The translations under genes were made by a program, and so were the position numbers. From IMG/VR virus record IMGVR_UViG_3300045689_000016: a stretch of 44,586 nt of DNA; one strand, 5' to 3'. The notes under the pieces are model-generated. The model worked only from the letters and a program-made list of their open reading frames with translations, had not been told where the DNA came from and did not search any database. The DNA is from a virus. Positions 18,556-26,613 of this stretch are shown piece after piece (the first letter of the stretch is position 1; every line of letters starts with the position of its first letter).

Positions 18556-19086
18556 TTAATCAATAGGAAATAGATCTTCAACATCTTCATAAGCTGCTTT
18601 CAACGCTTTTCCCTTTTCTTCATTCGTTAACTCTTTTGAATTAGCAATATTTCTCATTACGTCTTCAACTTTTACTTCTTCTACATCTTTTTTAAAATAG
18701 TCGGAGGTTACATCAACAGAAGTTTGAATAATTATACCTGTCAACGCTATCATAGAAGCTTGAATAATATTTTCATAAAAAGTATTTCTAGCAGCTACGT
18801 TTTTATCCCTTCTTTTTAACTCATCATCATTTATTCCTTGAGGATGAATTTCCGGCATTTTGTAAAGAATAAATATAAGTATCTCTCTTTGTTCTGCTGT
18901 TAAGTTTTTATCACGTTCAATAATTTTTTCTAAGTCATTAAAATTATTATTAACACACCAAGCAAATATAATGTTAGTTAATTTAAGATTATCAACACGC
19001 ACATTTGTAAGGTTATTTCTTTCAGATTGGTAAGCTAATTCTAAATCATCAATAGTAAAATCTAAAAAATTAAAATAATTGTTCAT
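18556..19086 (-). CDS. Hypothetical protein (moron)
   Basis: 176 aa counted from the ATG at 19086, which is preceded by AAAAGGAGAG. The ORF-track N-terminal extension to 19152 runs through a T-rich tract and lacks an RBS. Confidence 0.7.
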   Translation of the reverse strand: MNNYFNFLDFTIDDLELAYQSERNNLTNVRVDNLKLTNIIFAWCVNNNFNDLEKIIERDKNLTAEQREILIFILYKMPEIHPQGINDDELKRRDKNVAARNTFYENIIQASMIALTGIIIQTSVDVTSDYFKKDVEEVKVEDVMRNIANSKELTNEEKGKALKAAYEDVEDLFPID

Positions 19087-19192
19087 TATCTGCACTCTCC
19101 TTTTCTTCAATACAAATATCATACCGATTAAAAGAACAAAAAGAAACAACAAAAAGACATTTATTAATCAGATGTCATAAATAATAATGCTC

Positions 19193-19327
19193 AAAACTGG
19201 CAACGAGCAATAAAAAAGTAAAAATTTGTTAGTTAGCCGGAAACATAATAAGTTGGAGGGCTCGCTACCAGTTTTCAACAAGCGACAACTACAAGTGAGT
19301 TTTCAAAGTTTTTATGTAGTTGTCGCT
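19193..19327 (-). ncRNA. Candidate structured RNA element with two long helices; function unknown
   Basis: There is a 13-bp perfect stem (19281..19293 with 19315..19327). There is also a 15-bp stem (19193..19207 with 19261..19275). The two non-Watson-Crick positions in the second stem are G-U on the minus-strand transcript but A-C on the plus strand. The surrounding 310-bp gap has no credible ORF. Confidence 0.4.
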
Positions 19328-19464
19328 GTTAATTTAGCGTTATCTTCAAAAGAGGAGCAGGTATGGCAACCATTCCTTTTCTCTGATAAATTACTATGCT
19401 ATTAATATAGCGTATATGATTCAATACTTACATACTCACAATGACCATACATTTATGATACATT

Positions 19465-19944
19465 TCAAAATAGAGTAATTTGATTATCTTTAGTCCTGTT
19501 TTCATCGTAATACTCTATTTCAGATATCTTTTTTTGTCGTTCATTGCTGCGTGCTTCGTATTCATCAACAAATTTCAAGGTGTTTCTAACATCAGAATGT
19601 TTCTTTCTGATATAAGAAGGGCTATAACCTGTTTCTTCTGCTATTTCTTCTAAAGTCATATTATCAACGTATTTCAATTTTACAATTTGATTTTCAACAC
19701 CGGAAAAGCTGTCTACTAAAATCAACAGCTCTTCTTTTTGTGCTTTTAATCGGTCCAACTCTTCTAACATTTTTTCAATATTATTTTCAAGGGATGATGA
19801 TCTTGAGTTTTTTTCAATTTTTATTTCTGATAAATCTCCGTAAATCCACCTGTTTAATTCAAGCTTACTTTTATTGAGATTCCATTTTATGTATAAAATT
19901 TGTTCTTCTAATTCTTGATAATCCTTTAACCATTGAAATCTCAA
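19465..19944 (-). CDS. Putative late-gene transcriptional activator (sigma-70 region-4-like HTH; DUF1492 / RinA / ArpU class)
   Basis: 159 aa. The C-terminal segment VKLKYVDNMTLEEIAEETGYSPSYIRKKHSDVRNTL is a region-4-type HTH. Confidence 0.6.
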   Translation of the reverse strand: MRFQWLKDYQELEEQILYIKWNLNKSKLELNRWIYGDLSEIKIEKNSRSSSLENNIEKMLEELDRLKAQKEELLILVDSFSGVENQIVKLKYVDNMTLEEIAEETGYSPSYIRKKHSDVRNTLKFVDEYEARSNERQKKISEIEYYDENRTKDNQITLF

Positions 19945-19981
19945 AACACCACCCCTTATTTCTGTATTAGATGCTTGTCAC

Positions 19982-20248
19982 TCATTGCTCTGACCAGTCT
20001 TCAAATAAATCTAACGTTTTAACACCCAATGCCCATGCAAACCTCTGAATAGTATTTAATCTGATTTGTTTACCAGATTTTTTATTCTTGATGTATTCAG
20101 AGGTTTGATAACCTACTTTTAAACATAGAGTAGAAACAGTAATCCTTTTTTCACTTCTGTATCTATCAATGTTTTCCCAAACAACTTCTGAAATCAGTCT
20201 TTCACCTTCAGGTATTTTAGTAAGGATCTCCTTCTCCATCGTCTTCAC
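19982..20248 (-). CDS. XRE-family HTH protein
   Basis: 88 aa, with a Cro/C1-like HTH in ITVSTLCLKVGYQTSEYIKNKKSGKQIRLNTIQRFAWALGV. Confidence 0.65.
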   Translation of the reverse strand: MKTMEKEILTKIPEGERLISEVVWENIDRYRSEKRITVSTLCLKVGYQTSEYIKNKKSGKQIRLNTIQRFAWALGVKTLDLFEDWSEQ

Positions 20249-20963
20249 CTACTTCTACAGTTTCGCTTGACTCTTCAATTGGTGCTTCAACTTCTTCTGT
20301 GTTTCGTTTTTCATCATTTTCATTTTCTGAAACAGAATCAGCTCCAACGCCAGTTGTATCAACAGGTTCTTCTTGTTCCACTTTTTCAGTTTCTTCAACT
20401 GGTAAAACATTGCCGCTTGCATTGGCTTTTTTCCAAGCATCAGCAAATGGTGCTAATTTACGTCTAGCTTTTTCCAACTCATTGATTAAGGCTGATTCCG
20501 AAAACTCTAACTCTACAGCAATTTCACTCATGCTTACACCTTGTGCTAATTGCTGTAACACTTCTCGAGGATTGACTTCACCAGGGAAACTAAATGATCC
20601 AGCGTTTAAAATATATTCATCGATTACTTCTTTATCGACTGAGAAAGATTTCTGAACAATATCAACGTTTCCTTTTCCGTCAACATCTAATTGTGTTTGT
20701 TCTTGTTTGACAACTTGAACTGTTCCATCAGAATATACTTTGTACTCCATCGTTGGTTTGTCCACTGATTTATCAAAAGGCACTGTGTAGCTGTAGTTTT
20801 CTGGCACAATCATAATATTAACCGTCTTTCCTAAAAATTCGTTTAAATCATCTGCTTTACCTTTTAAAGATGAATTGCTAATTACTAATAATACTTCTGT
20901 ATTTCCATTTGATTTATTGGTTACTTTCTTAACCTCTGGGCTAAAACTTACTTGTTCTGTCAT
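20217..20963 (-). CDS. Hypothetical protein with a central HTH-like segment and an acidic tail
   Basis: 248-aa ORF. The segment LQQLAQGVSMSEIAVELEFSESALINELEKARRKL resembles a region-4 / LuxR-type HTH. Confidence 0.6.
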   Translation of the reverse strand: MTEQVSFSPEVKKVTNKSNGNTEVLLVISNSSLKGKADDLNEFLGKTVNIMIVPENYSYTVPFDKSVDKPTMEYKVYSDGTVQVVKQEQTQLDVDGKGNVDIVQKSFSVDKEVIDEYILNAGSFSFPGEVNPREVLQQLAQGVSMSEIAVELEFSESALINELEKARRKLAPFADAWKKANASGNVLPVEETEKVEQEEPVDTTGVGADSVSENENDEKRNTEEVEAPIEESSETVEVGEDDGEGDPY

Positions 20964-21020
20964 TATTTTTCCTACTTTCTGTTTTTCTTATTTGTGTTAT
21001 GATATTTTTAAAATAAGGAG

Positions 21021-21743
21021 ATGATTTTATTGATTGAAAAACGACTTCATTTTTATAATTTTGACGAAAATTCTCATGACTACTATGACATGGATATTGA
21101 AGAACCAAGAATATGTAATCACTGTAATCATAGTGGAGAACAAATTTTCATTGATGGTATCTCATTAAGTGAACCTGATGATGATATCTCAGCAATCTGT
21201 TTTTTTAATTGTTATTTTTGCAAAAAAACCTCAATCTATTTCATGGGGCAGTATCGAAATAGCCATAATTTTTCGTGGCTAGATACAATTGATGTAATCC
21301 CAAAATCTAAAAAGACAGATAATTACATAACTCAAAATCATGAACTAACTCAACAATTTCCAGATTTTTTTAAAATTTATAATCAATCTCAAAAAGCTCA
21401 AGATGAAGGTTTAGATCAAATTGCTGGTATGGGATTTAGGAAATCATTAGAGTTCTTGGTCACTGATTTTTTATTATCTTATCCTCCTAAAGATGTTAGT
21501 GAAGAATGGTTAAAAAATCCAAAAACATCCTTAGGTAACAAAATAGAAAAGTTAGAAAATCAAAGAATCCAAAAACTATCTAAAGCAATTTCTTTTATCG
21601 GTAATGATGAAACTCACTATACTAGACGCCATCCTGAACACGATGTAGAATCGATAAAAATGTTTATCAAAGCACTTTTGAGTGACGTTGAAAACGAAAT
21701 GACTTTAATCGAAGCTGAAAAATTACTTAACAAACCTAAATAA
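21021..21743 (+). CDS. Zn-ribbon plus DUF4145-domain protein, encoded on the opposite strand
   Basis: The N-terminus has CNHCNH...CYFCKK cysteine pairs. The C-terminus (GMGFRKSLEFLVTDFLL...ISFIGNDETHYTRRHPEHDVESIKMFIKAL) follows the DUF4145 pattern. The real start may be the TTG at 21030, 9 nt after AAGGAG. Confidence 0.7.
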   Translation: MILLIEKRLHFYNFDENSHDYYDMDIEEPRICNHCNHSGEQIFIDGISLSEPDDDISAICFFNCYFCKKTSIYFMGQYRNSHNFSWLDTIDVIPKSKKTDNYITQNHELTQQFPDFFKIYNQSQKAQDEGLDQIAGMGFRKSLEFLVTDFLLSYPPKDVSEEWLKNPKTSLGNKIEKLENQRIQKLSKAISFIGNDETHYTRRHPEHDVESIKMFIKALLSDVENEMTLIEAEKLLNKPK

Positions 21744-21881
21744 TCACAATTCTTTTGTTTTAACATAATCTATTAATTTTCGATTTGTTTCCATTGCTTT
21801 TTCTAATGAGAGAGAATTGAGTTCTAGCAAAGCTTCTAGAAATTCGATTTTCTCTTTTAAATACTTGATTTCCTTATTCAT
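21744..21881 (-). CDS. Small hypothetical coiled-coil protein (45 aa)
   Basis: Hand-translated as MNKEIKYLKEKIEFLEALLELNSLSLEKAMETNRKLIDYVKTKEL. RBS is GGAGGTG. Its stop abuts the stop of the convergent gene 21021..21743. Confidence 0.5.
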   Translation of the reverse strand: MNKEIKYLKEKIEFLEALLELNSLSLEKAMETNRKLIDYVKTKEL

Positions 21882-21896
21882 TTTTACACCTCCGCC

Positions 21897-21924
21897 TTGA
21901 CTTATTAAATTCATTTGATACAAT
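21897..21924 (+). promoter_or_regulatory. Strong sigma-A-type promoter in front of the tRNA-like gene
   Basis: TTGACT, 16-nt spacer, then an extended -10 (TGaTACAAT). It lies about 35 nt upstream of the tRNA 5' end. Confidence 0.65.
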
Positions 21925-21959
21925 TATCTTGCGTTTATTAATTTAAACGAAGCTAATAA

Positions 21960-22033
21960 GCCGGTATAACTCAGTGGATAGAGTACCCCTCTCATAAAGG
22001 GGACTGTCGTGGGTTCAAATCCCACTACCGTAA
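21960..22033 (+). tRNA. tRNA-like gene with anticodon CAT (Met, fMet or Ile2-type) and a non-canonical acceptor end
   Basis: Hand-folded cloverleaf: D arm ACTC/GAGT, anticodon arm CCCCT-CTCATAA-AGGGG, T arm GTGGG-TTCAAAT-CCCAC. Acceptor pairs 3-70 to 7-66 are good, but 1-72 (G/A) and 2-71 (C/T) are mismatched. The variable loop has 6 nt and no CCA is encoded. Confidence 0.6.
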
Positions 22034-22062
22034 ACAAACGTCATAGACGTTTTATATACAGT

Positions 22063-22092
22063 AACCAAGTACCTATGGTGCTTGGTTTTTTT
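22063..22092 (+). terminator. Intrinsic terminator of the tRNA transcription unit
   Basis: AACCAAGTA-CCTATGG-TGCTTGGTT followed by T7. A smaller hairpin, AACGTC-ATA-GACGTT, lies at 22036..22052. Confidence 0.7.
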
Positions 22093-22104
22093 ATTATCTA
22101 TTTC

Positions 22105-22539
22105 CTAAAATAATGTCTCCTGATGACTTTCCAACTGACTAACAACAACTTCCGCTCTTGGATTACTTGAATAGAACTTTTCAGTAATCAATTTAACGAC
22201 TTGGCCATCATCTTCCCAAAGGATTCCTTTAAGAGCATCAAGTATTCCTTTAGCATAGTTGTCAGCATCTGGTTTGGTAATAGGTCGTAACTCTTTGTTT
22301 TCGGCCTGTTCTTTTTTTATTTTTGAGAAGCTTTTTAAACTCTCTTTATAAATATCAACTCTGACTTCTAAAGGACCTTGCATTAATTTATCTGGTTTAC
22401 ACTGGTTAGCATACTTTGCGACTACTTTTTTATAAGCAGCACTTTTAGGTGGATCATACGCTCTAACAAAAGGCTTTGTTGTAAACTTTGGTCTACCTTG
22501 TGGAACGGGCTGACCAGGTATAACAATTTTGATTTCCAA
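22105..22539 (-). CDS. rusA: RusA-family Holliday junction resolvase
   Basis: PGQPVPQGRPKF...AYDPPKS...DADNYAKGILDALKGILWEDDGQVV matches RusA motifs. Confidence 0.85.
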   Translation of the reverse strand: MEIKIVIPGQPVPQGRPKFTTKPFVRAYDPPKSAAYKKVVAKYANQCKPDKLMQGPLEVRVDIYKESLKSFSKIKKEQAENKELRPITKPDADNYAKGILDALKGILWEDDGQVVKLITEKFYSSNPRAEVVVSQLESHQETLF

Positions 22540-22543
22540 ATTC

Positions 22544-22723
22544 TCACCCCTCTATTAATTCCATTCCTAAATCTTTACGAATTACATTCTCATGAATTCC
22601 GTTATATTCAGCCATTTTTTTAACTAATTCTTCTTTCCAAAAAGGGTTTCTAACTATTTTTTTATTAGGAGAAGGAGCAAAACTATAGACTCCTAATCCT
22701 ACATCAAAGCTATGTTCAACCAT
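22544..22723 (-). CDS. Small hypothetical protein (59 aa)
   Basis: Hand-translated as MVEHSFDVGLGVYSFAPSPNKKIVRNPFWKEELVKKMAEYNGIHENVIRKDLGMELIEG. RBS is AGGAGGAG. It fills the gap between two genes. Confidence 0.55.
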   Translation of the reverse strand: MVEHSFDVGLGVYSFAPSPNKKIVRNPFWKEELVKKMAEYNGIHENVIRKDLGMELIEG

Positions 22724-22734
22724 TTAAACTCCTC

Positions 22735-23535
22735 CTAAAAACTAAAATCACTTCGTTTATCCTTTGTTGCATCAGTAAATTTAATAATATGTCCTTCTAC
22801 TCCCCTAAATAATCGGCTGATGATTTTCGGGTTATAAATCTTTCTCATTTCATCTGAATTCAAGTTAGTAGTTACAATAGTTCTTGTTCTAGCATTTAAA
22901 ACGTTGAATAAGAAACGCTGATTGTACTCACTTGATTCAGTTCCCACTTTTTGAAATGAGGACTCACTCCCAAAATCATCTATTACTAAAAGCTCCGTTT
23001 TTGTCAGTAGCTCAATCATGTTGTGTTCAGTGTATTTACTATCTGGATTATTAAAACTATCTTTAACCAATCTCAATACATCGCTAATCGAAACAAACAA
23101 GCAGCTTCCTTCTGGATCTAAATTTTCATTTACTACTTTGAGAATCGACATCGCTAAGTGAGATTTACCGACACCAGGAACACCAGTTAATAAAGTATTG
23201 AAATGTCTATCTCTATCTATGTAATCAGCAGCTATTAATTTAGCTTCTCTAAGTGCATGTGACGTTTCTTCGTTGTCAGCAGTGTAATTATCAAAAGAAG
23301 CATTCCAAAGTGTTATATCCCCTAAAATCGAATCTTTCTCTAACGTCTGGATGGTTCTTCTTAAATGTTGATTCTTGCTGATAGTGTTTAACATTTCTTT
23401 TTCTTTAAGTTTCAACTTCTCACGATGGCATTCAGTACAAAAAGGTTTTCTATCCCCTAGCTTAGAAAGTTTTGTCTGATGTTTTTCACAAATTTCATCT
23501 GTCTGTTCTACACTTCTTAATAAAGGAAAATCCAT
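22735..23535 (-). CDS. DnaC / IstB-like AAA+ helicase loader
   Basis: Walker A is GVPGVGKSHL and Walker B is LLVIDDFG. The N-terminus has a Cys-rich zinc-finger-like segment. Confidence 0.85.
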   Translation of the reverse strand: MDFPLLRSVEQTDEICEKHQTKLSKLGDRKPFCTECHREKLKLKEKEMLNTISKNQHLRRTIQTLEKDSILGDITLWNASFDNYTADNEETSHALREAKLIAADYIDRDRHFNTLLTGVPGVGKSHLAMSILKVVNENLDPEGSCLFVSISDVLRLVKDSFNNPDSKYTEHNMIELLTKTELLVIDDFGSESSFQKVGTESSEYNQRFLFNVLNARTRTIVTTNLNSDEMRKIYNPKIISRLFRGVEGHIIKFTDATKDKRSDFSF

Positions 23536-24335
23536 TAAAAGTTCACCTCCGAGTTCGTTTTCATTTTTTGTTGTGGTTGATTATTTGATTTATTCGGCTG
23601 TTGATACTTACTAGCATTTTGTTTTTCAAACTTTTTATTTAAAGCTTCAACATCATCTAACGTTTTAACATTATTCTTTTCCCATGTTCTCAAAATACTT
23701 TCAGTGTACTTAAAGCTGTATGCATTCCCCTCTGCTGATTCTTTAAGTGCAGCTATAACTAATTCTGGACTAAGATCTTTACTCCAATAGTCCAAACTCT
23801 CAATCATAAATGAGTTAGCCATCCCGAAAACTTGCTCATAAGCTTGAACAACATTTTGTGGTTCCTCTACTACAACAACTTTGTTAACATTGTTATCTTT
23901 GTTAACATTGTTATTATTGTTCCGTTGCTGTTCACTTGCTGTTCCGTTGCTGTTCCGTTGCTGTTCGGGTAGTTCTTTTCTGTATCGCTCAAACCCTTGG
24001 TATTCCTCGTAATTAACCACTGTAAATAGTGTTCCGTAATCGGTAGTCTTGATTTGAATTCGATTTTCTTTCACGAGTTGGTCAATTTTGTTTTTTATGG
24101 TGTGCAACGAGTATTGTTTTACTGCTCTTTTTTCTGTATAAGCTAAATCTTTTTGTAGATTTCTATATGATCTAAGATACTGACCACGACCAACATGAAC
24201 ATCTGCAACTGTGACTCCTTCTTTGGCAAAGACCGCATTGCCATAAATATAGAAAAAGATTCTAAACTTCACTACATCAGTCCAAATTGGATTTTCAAAT
24301 ATTTCTCTACTTGTCTGGAATGCTCCTTTACTCAT
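23535..24335 (-). CDS. Replisome organizer / replication initiator with a C-terminal DnaD (DnaB_2) domain
   Basis: FMIESLDYWSKDLSPELVIAALKESAEGNAYSFKYTESILRTWEKNNVKTLDDV is DnaD-like. There are internal DNA iterons. Confidence 0.8.
   Translation of the reverse strand: MSKGAFQTSREIFENPIWTDVVKFRIFFYIYGNAVFAKEGVTVADVHVGRGQYLRSYRNLQKDLAYTEKRAVKQYSLHTIKNKIDQLVKENRIQIKTTDYGTLFTVVNYEEYQGFERYRKELPEQQRNSNGTASEQQRNNNNNVNKDNNVNKVVVVEEPQNVVQAYEQVFGMANSFMIESLDYWSKDLSPELVIAALKESAEGNAYSFKYTESILRTWEKNNVKTLDDVEALNKKFEKQNASKYQQPNKSNNQPQQKMKTNSEVNF
23881..23966. repeat. Iteron cluster inside the organizer gene; candidate phage origin of replication
   Basis: TTGTTAACATTGTTA occurs twice (23881, 23899). GTTCCGTTGCTGTTC occurs three times (23919, 23941, 23952). 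The cluster encodes a low-complexity Q/N linker. Confidence 0.55.
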
Positions 24336-24350
24336 TTAGGTCATCACCAC

Positions 24351-25082
24351 CTAAGCTACATAAACTGGAACACCAGTTAACTTCTGTATTTTTTCTTTGA
24401 ACTCTTTTTCATTGCTGTTGGCATCTGATAAATGCAATAAGTGGATCTCTTGCAAATCTTCGCTCATATTTATTTCAATAAATTTAGCTGCATTCTCAAA
24501 GTCGAAATGACTTGATTTAATTCTTGTTTTTAAAACTCTTTGAAAGAAGTCTGTTCCTAAATTTCTGTCGATAATCTCATTTGAATAGTTAGCTTCAACC
24601 ATCATGTGAGTTACTCGTGGAAACTGATATTTAACGTAATAAGAATCAGTGATAAAAACTAGTCTATCTCCTGATGTGTTATCAATCAGAAAACCGCAAG
24701 GCTCCTTAACATCGTGCTTTGTTTCAAATGGAGTCACAAACCAAGTTCCGATTTTGTAAGTCTTTTTGTACTTCATGAAGTTAAAGCGATAATAATCTTC
24801 TTTATAAAATTTAAGAGCTTCATCATCAACCATCGCTTCGAATGTTCCTTGTGTTGAGTGAAAATCAATTGAGGTTGAATCAATAAATTGTGGTACACAA
24901 TTACAATGGTCACGGTGTTCGTGAGTAACCAAGCAGCCGACTACTTTTGAAAAATCGAACATCATCTTTTGCTGAACGTTTTTAAAACTCACTCCGCATT
25001 CAATCATCAGTTGGGAATGACCATCATCAATTAGATAGCCATTCCCTTTACTACCTGAACCAAATACTTTTATTGAAATCAA
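24351..25082 (-). CDS. Metallo-beta-lactamase-fold hydrolase / nuclease
   Basis: Contains the HxHxDH motif (THEHRDHCN). It sits in the recombination module next to RecT. Confidence 0.8.
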   Translation of the reverse strand: MISIKVFGSGSKGNGYLIDDGHSQLMIECGVSFKNVQQKMMFDFSKVVGCLVTHEHRDHCNCVPQFIDSTSIDFHSTQGTFEAMVDDEALKFYKEDYYRFNFMKYKKTYKIGTWFVTPFETKHDVKEPCGFLIDNTSGDRLVFITDSYYVKYQFPRVTHMMVEANYSNEIIDRNLGTDFFQRVLKTRIKSSHFDFENAAKFIEINMSEDLQEIHLLHLSDANSNEKEFKEKIQKLTGVPVYVA

Positions 25083-25966
25083 TATGGATCACTCGCTTCA
25101 TCTGTTGGTTCACCTTCAGAAAAATCACCATCAATAATTTCACCATTATCAGTTACATTAGTTGGTTTCTTTTCTTCAACTGGTGGAGTCGGATCAAGTA
25201 CTTCTGAATTAGCGTTCTGTTCGATTTCTTCGATAATCTCAACTTCTTTTCTTTCATTTTCATCCTGGTACTCATTAGAAGTTGTATTATTGATTGACTC
25301 AATAAGTAAATCTGAATCATCTGACGTGTTAATAAATGCTTTTGCCGCCCGATTGATAACTGTGCGTTTTGCCATTTCTTGTGGAAAATCATTTTGAACA
25401 TTCTTTGTTTTTGCTTTGCTCCAAGATTTATCGATTTCTTTTTTTGTCATAGTTGTTAAAAACTGTTCGCCTTCATCCGATTCAATAATCGCATACGCTC
25501 CAATAATCTGATTGTCACGATTTAAGAACGAAGTTTCGTGTTTCAATAATTTTTCTTTACCAAACTCATCAATACCTAAATCAAAATCATCACCCTCATA
25601 AATAATGTTGGCCCAAATGTTTTTAACACCTTTAAGCCGTTTAACAACTGCCATTGTCCCAAAATATGAACGTGTCATTTTTAAGGTTTGACCATAAGGA
25701 ACAAAGTAACATTGAGTTTTCGCAGGACTTAATCCTTGAATAACCATATCTAAAAGTGCGTTAGCGATTGATTCTTTAGAACATTTTTCTAATAGATTGC
25801 CACTTGAATGGTTAGTTAGTGCAAAGAAAGCTGATTTTAATGCATTAGCATGGCTGTAAGAAGTTGGTAGTGCTAACCCTTCATTTTGCATTGCTGAAAT
25901 TTTATTATTTACCTGATCTGTAATATCTCTTTGAACTACTGCTGGTGCTTGGCTTTTATTTGTCAT
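25079..25966 (-). CDS. recT: RecT-family single-strand annealing protein
   Basis: The core CYFVPYGQTLKMTRSYFGTMAVVKRLKGVKNIWANIIYEGDDFD is RecT-like. The C-terminal tail is acidic. Confidence 0.75.
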   Translation of the reverse strand: MTNKSQAPAVVQRDITDQVNNKISAMQNEGLALPTSYSHANALKSAFFALTNHSSGNLLEKCSKESIANALLDMVIQGLSPAKTQCYFVPYGQTLKMTRSYFGTMAVVKRLKGVKNIWANIIYEGDDFDLGIDEFGKEKLLKHETSFLNRDNQIIGAYAIIESDEGEQFLTTMTKKEIDKSWSKAKTKNVQNDFPQEMAKRTVINRAAKAFINTSDDSDLLIESINNTTSNEYQDENERKEVEIIEEIEQNANSEVLDPTPPVEEKKPTNVTDNGEIIDGDFSEGEPTDEASDPY

Positions 25967-25967
25967 T

Positions 25968-26339
25968 TTAATAACTCACTCCTATATTTTGATTTTGAGA
26001 AATCATTAAGTTGATTTCTTTTTCAATTATTCTTTTTCTGTCATTTAAACTATCAATCAATAATTCTTTTATTAAAGGTTGGACATCTGTAATCCCTAAA
26101 TCTTCCTCCAATTTAACCTCATGCCATCTAGTGTTTACTCTTTCTTCAAACGGTCTATATTGGTTATTAACATTAAAAGTTGGTACAGATAGAGAAACGT
26201 CTGTCATAATCTCTTTAAGATTATTCAAAGCAGGAGTTTCTAAACTAACTTTTAAATCTTCAATCTCGTTCAATTGTTCTTGTAACTTTTCTAATTCCAA
26301 AATGTGTTTTGTCACTTTTGGTAATAATTTATTAAACAT
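25968..26339 (-). CDS. Hypothetical protein
   Basis: 123-aa ORF, tightly packed in the recombination operon. Confidence 0.65.
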   Translation of the reverse strand: MFNKLLPKVTKHILELEKLQEQLNEIEDLKVSLETPALNNLKEIMTDVSLSVPTFNVNNQYRPFEERVNTRWHEVKLEEDLGITDVQPLIKELLIDSLNDRKRIIEKEINLMISQNQNIGVSY

Positions 26340-26406
26340 TTAATAATCCTCCACTGTTTGTTATTGCCCGCACATTGGACATTACTTATGATTGTAAATA
26401 AGATAC

Positions 26407-26613
26407 TTAATCAAATTTCAACAAGAGTAATTTTATTGCAAGATAAAAGTTTTCGATTTCTAGGTCAGTGTTATAGCTTTTGTCTTGCTTTTCTAATTCT
26501 CTAATTCTTAAATACCTTTCACGTGAATTTATTTTTTTTCCTTCAAATTTTATTTCAGTTTGTTTTTTTAATTCTTTTGAAAACTCACGAATTTCTTGAT
26601 AAAGCTCCTCCAT
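26407..26613 (-). CDS. Hypothetical protein
   Basis: 68-aa ORF sharing an ATGA-type junction with the upstream ATPase gene. Confidence 0.55.
   Translation of the reverse strand: MEELYQEIREFSKELKKQTEIKFEGKKINSRERYLRIRELEKQDKSYNTDLEIENFYLAIKLLLLKFD

Noticed and set aside
19087-19152. N-terminal hydrophobic extension of ORF 18556..19152 (MLFLFVLLIGMIFVLKKRRVQI)
   Set aside because: It arises from translating a T-rich promoter/terminator tract. A strong RBS precedes the internal ATG at 19086.
20255-20655. Three nested ORFs inside 20217..20963
   Set aside because: They overlap the acidic-tail coding region, they are repetitive low-complexity translations, and they have no independent start signals.
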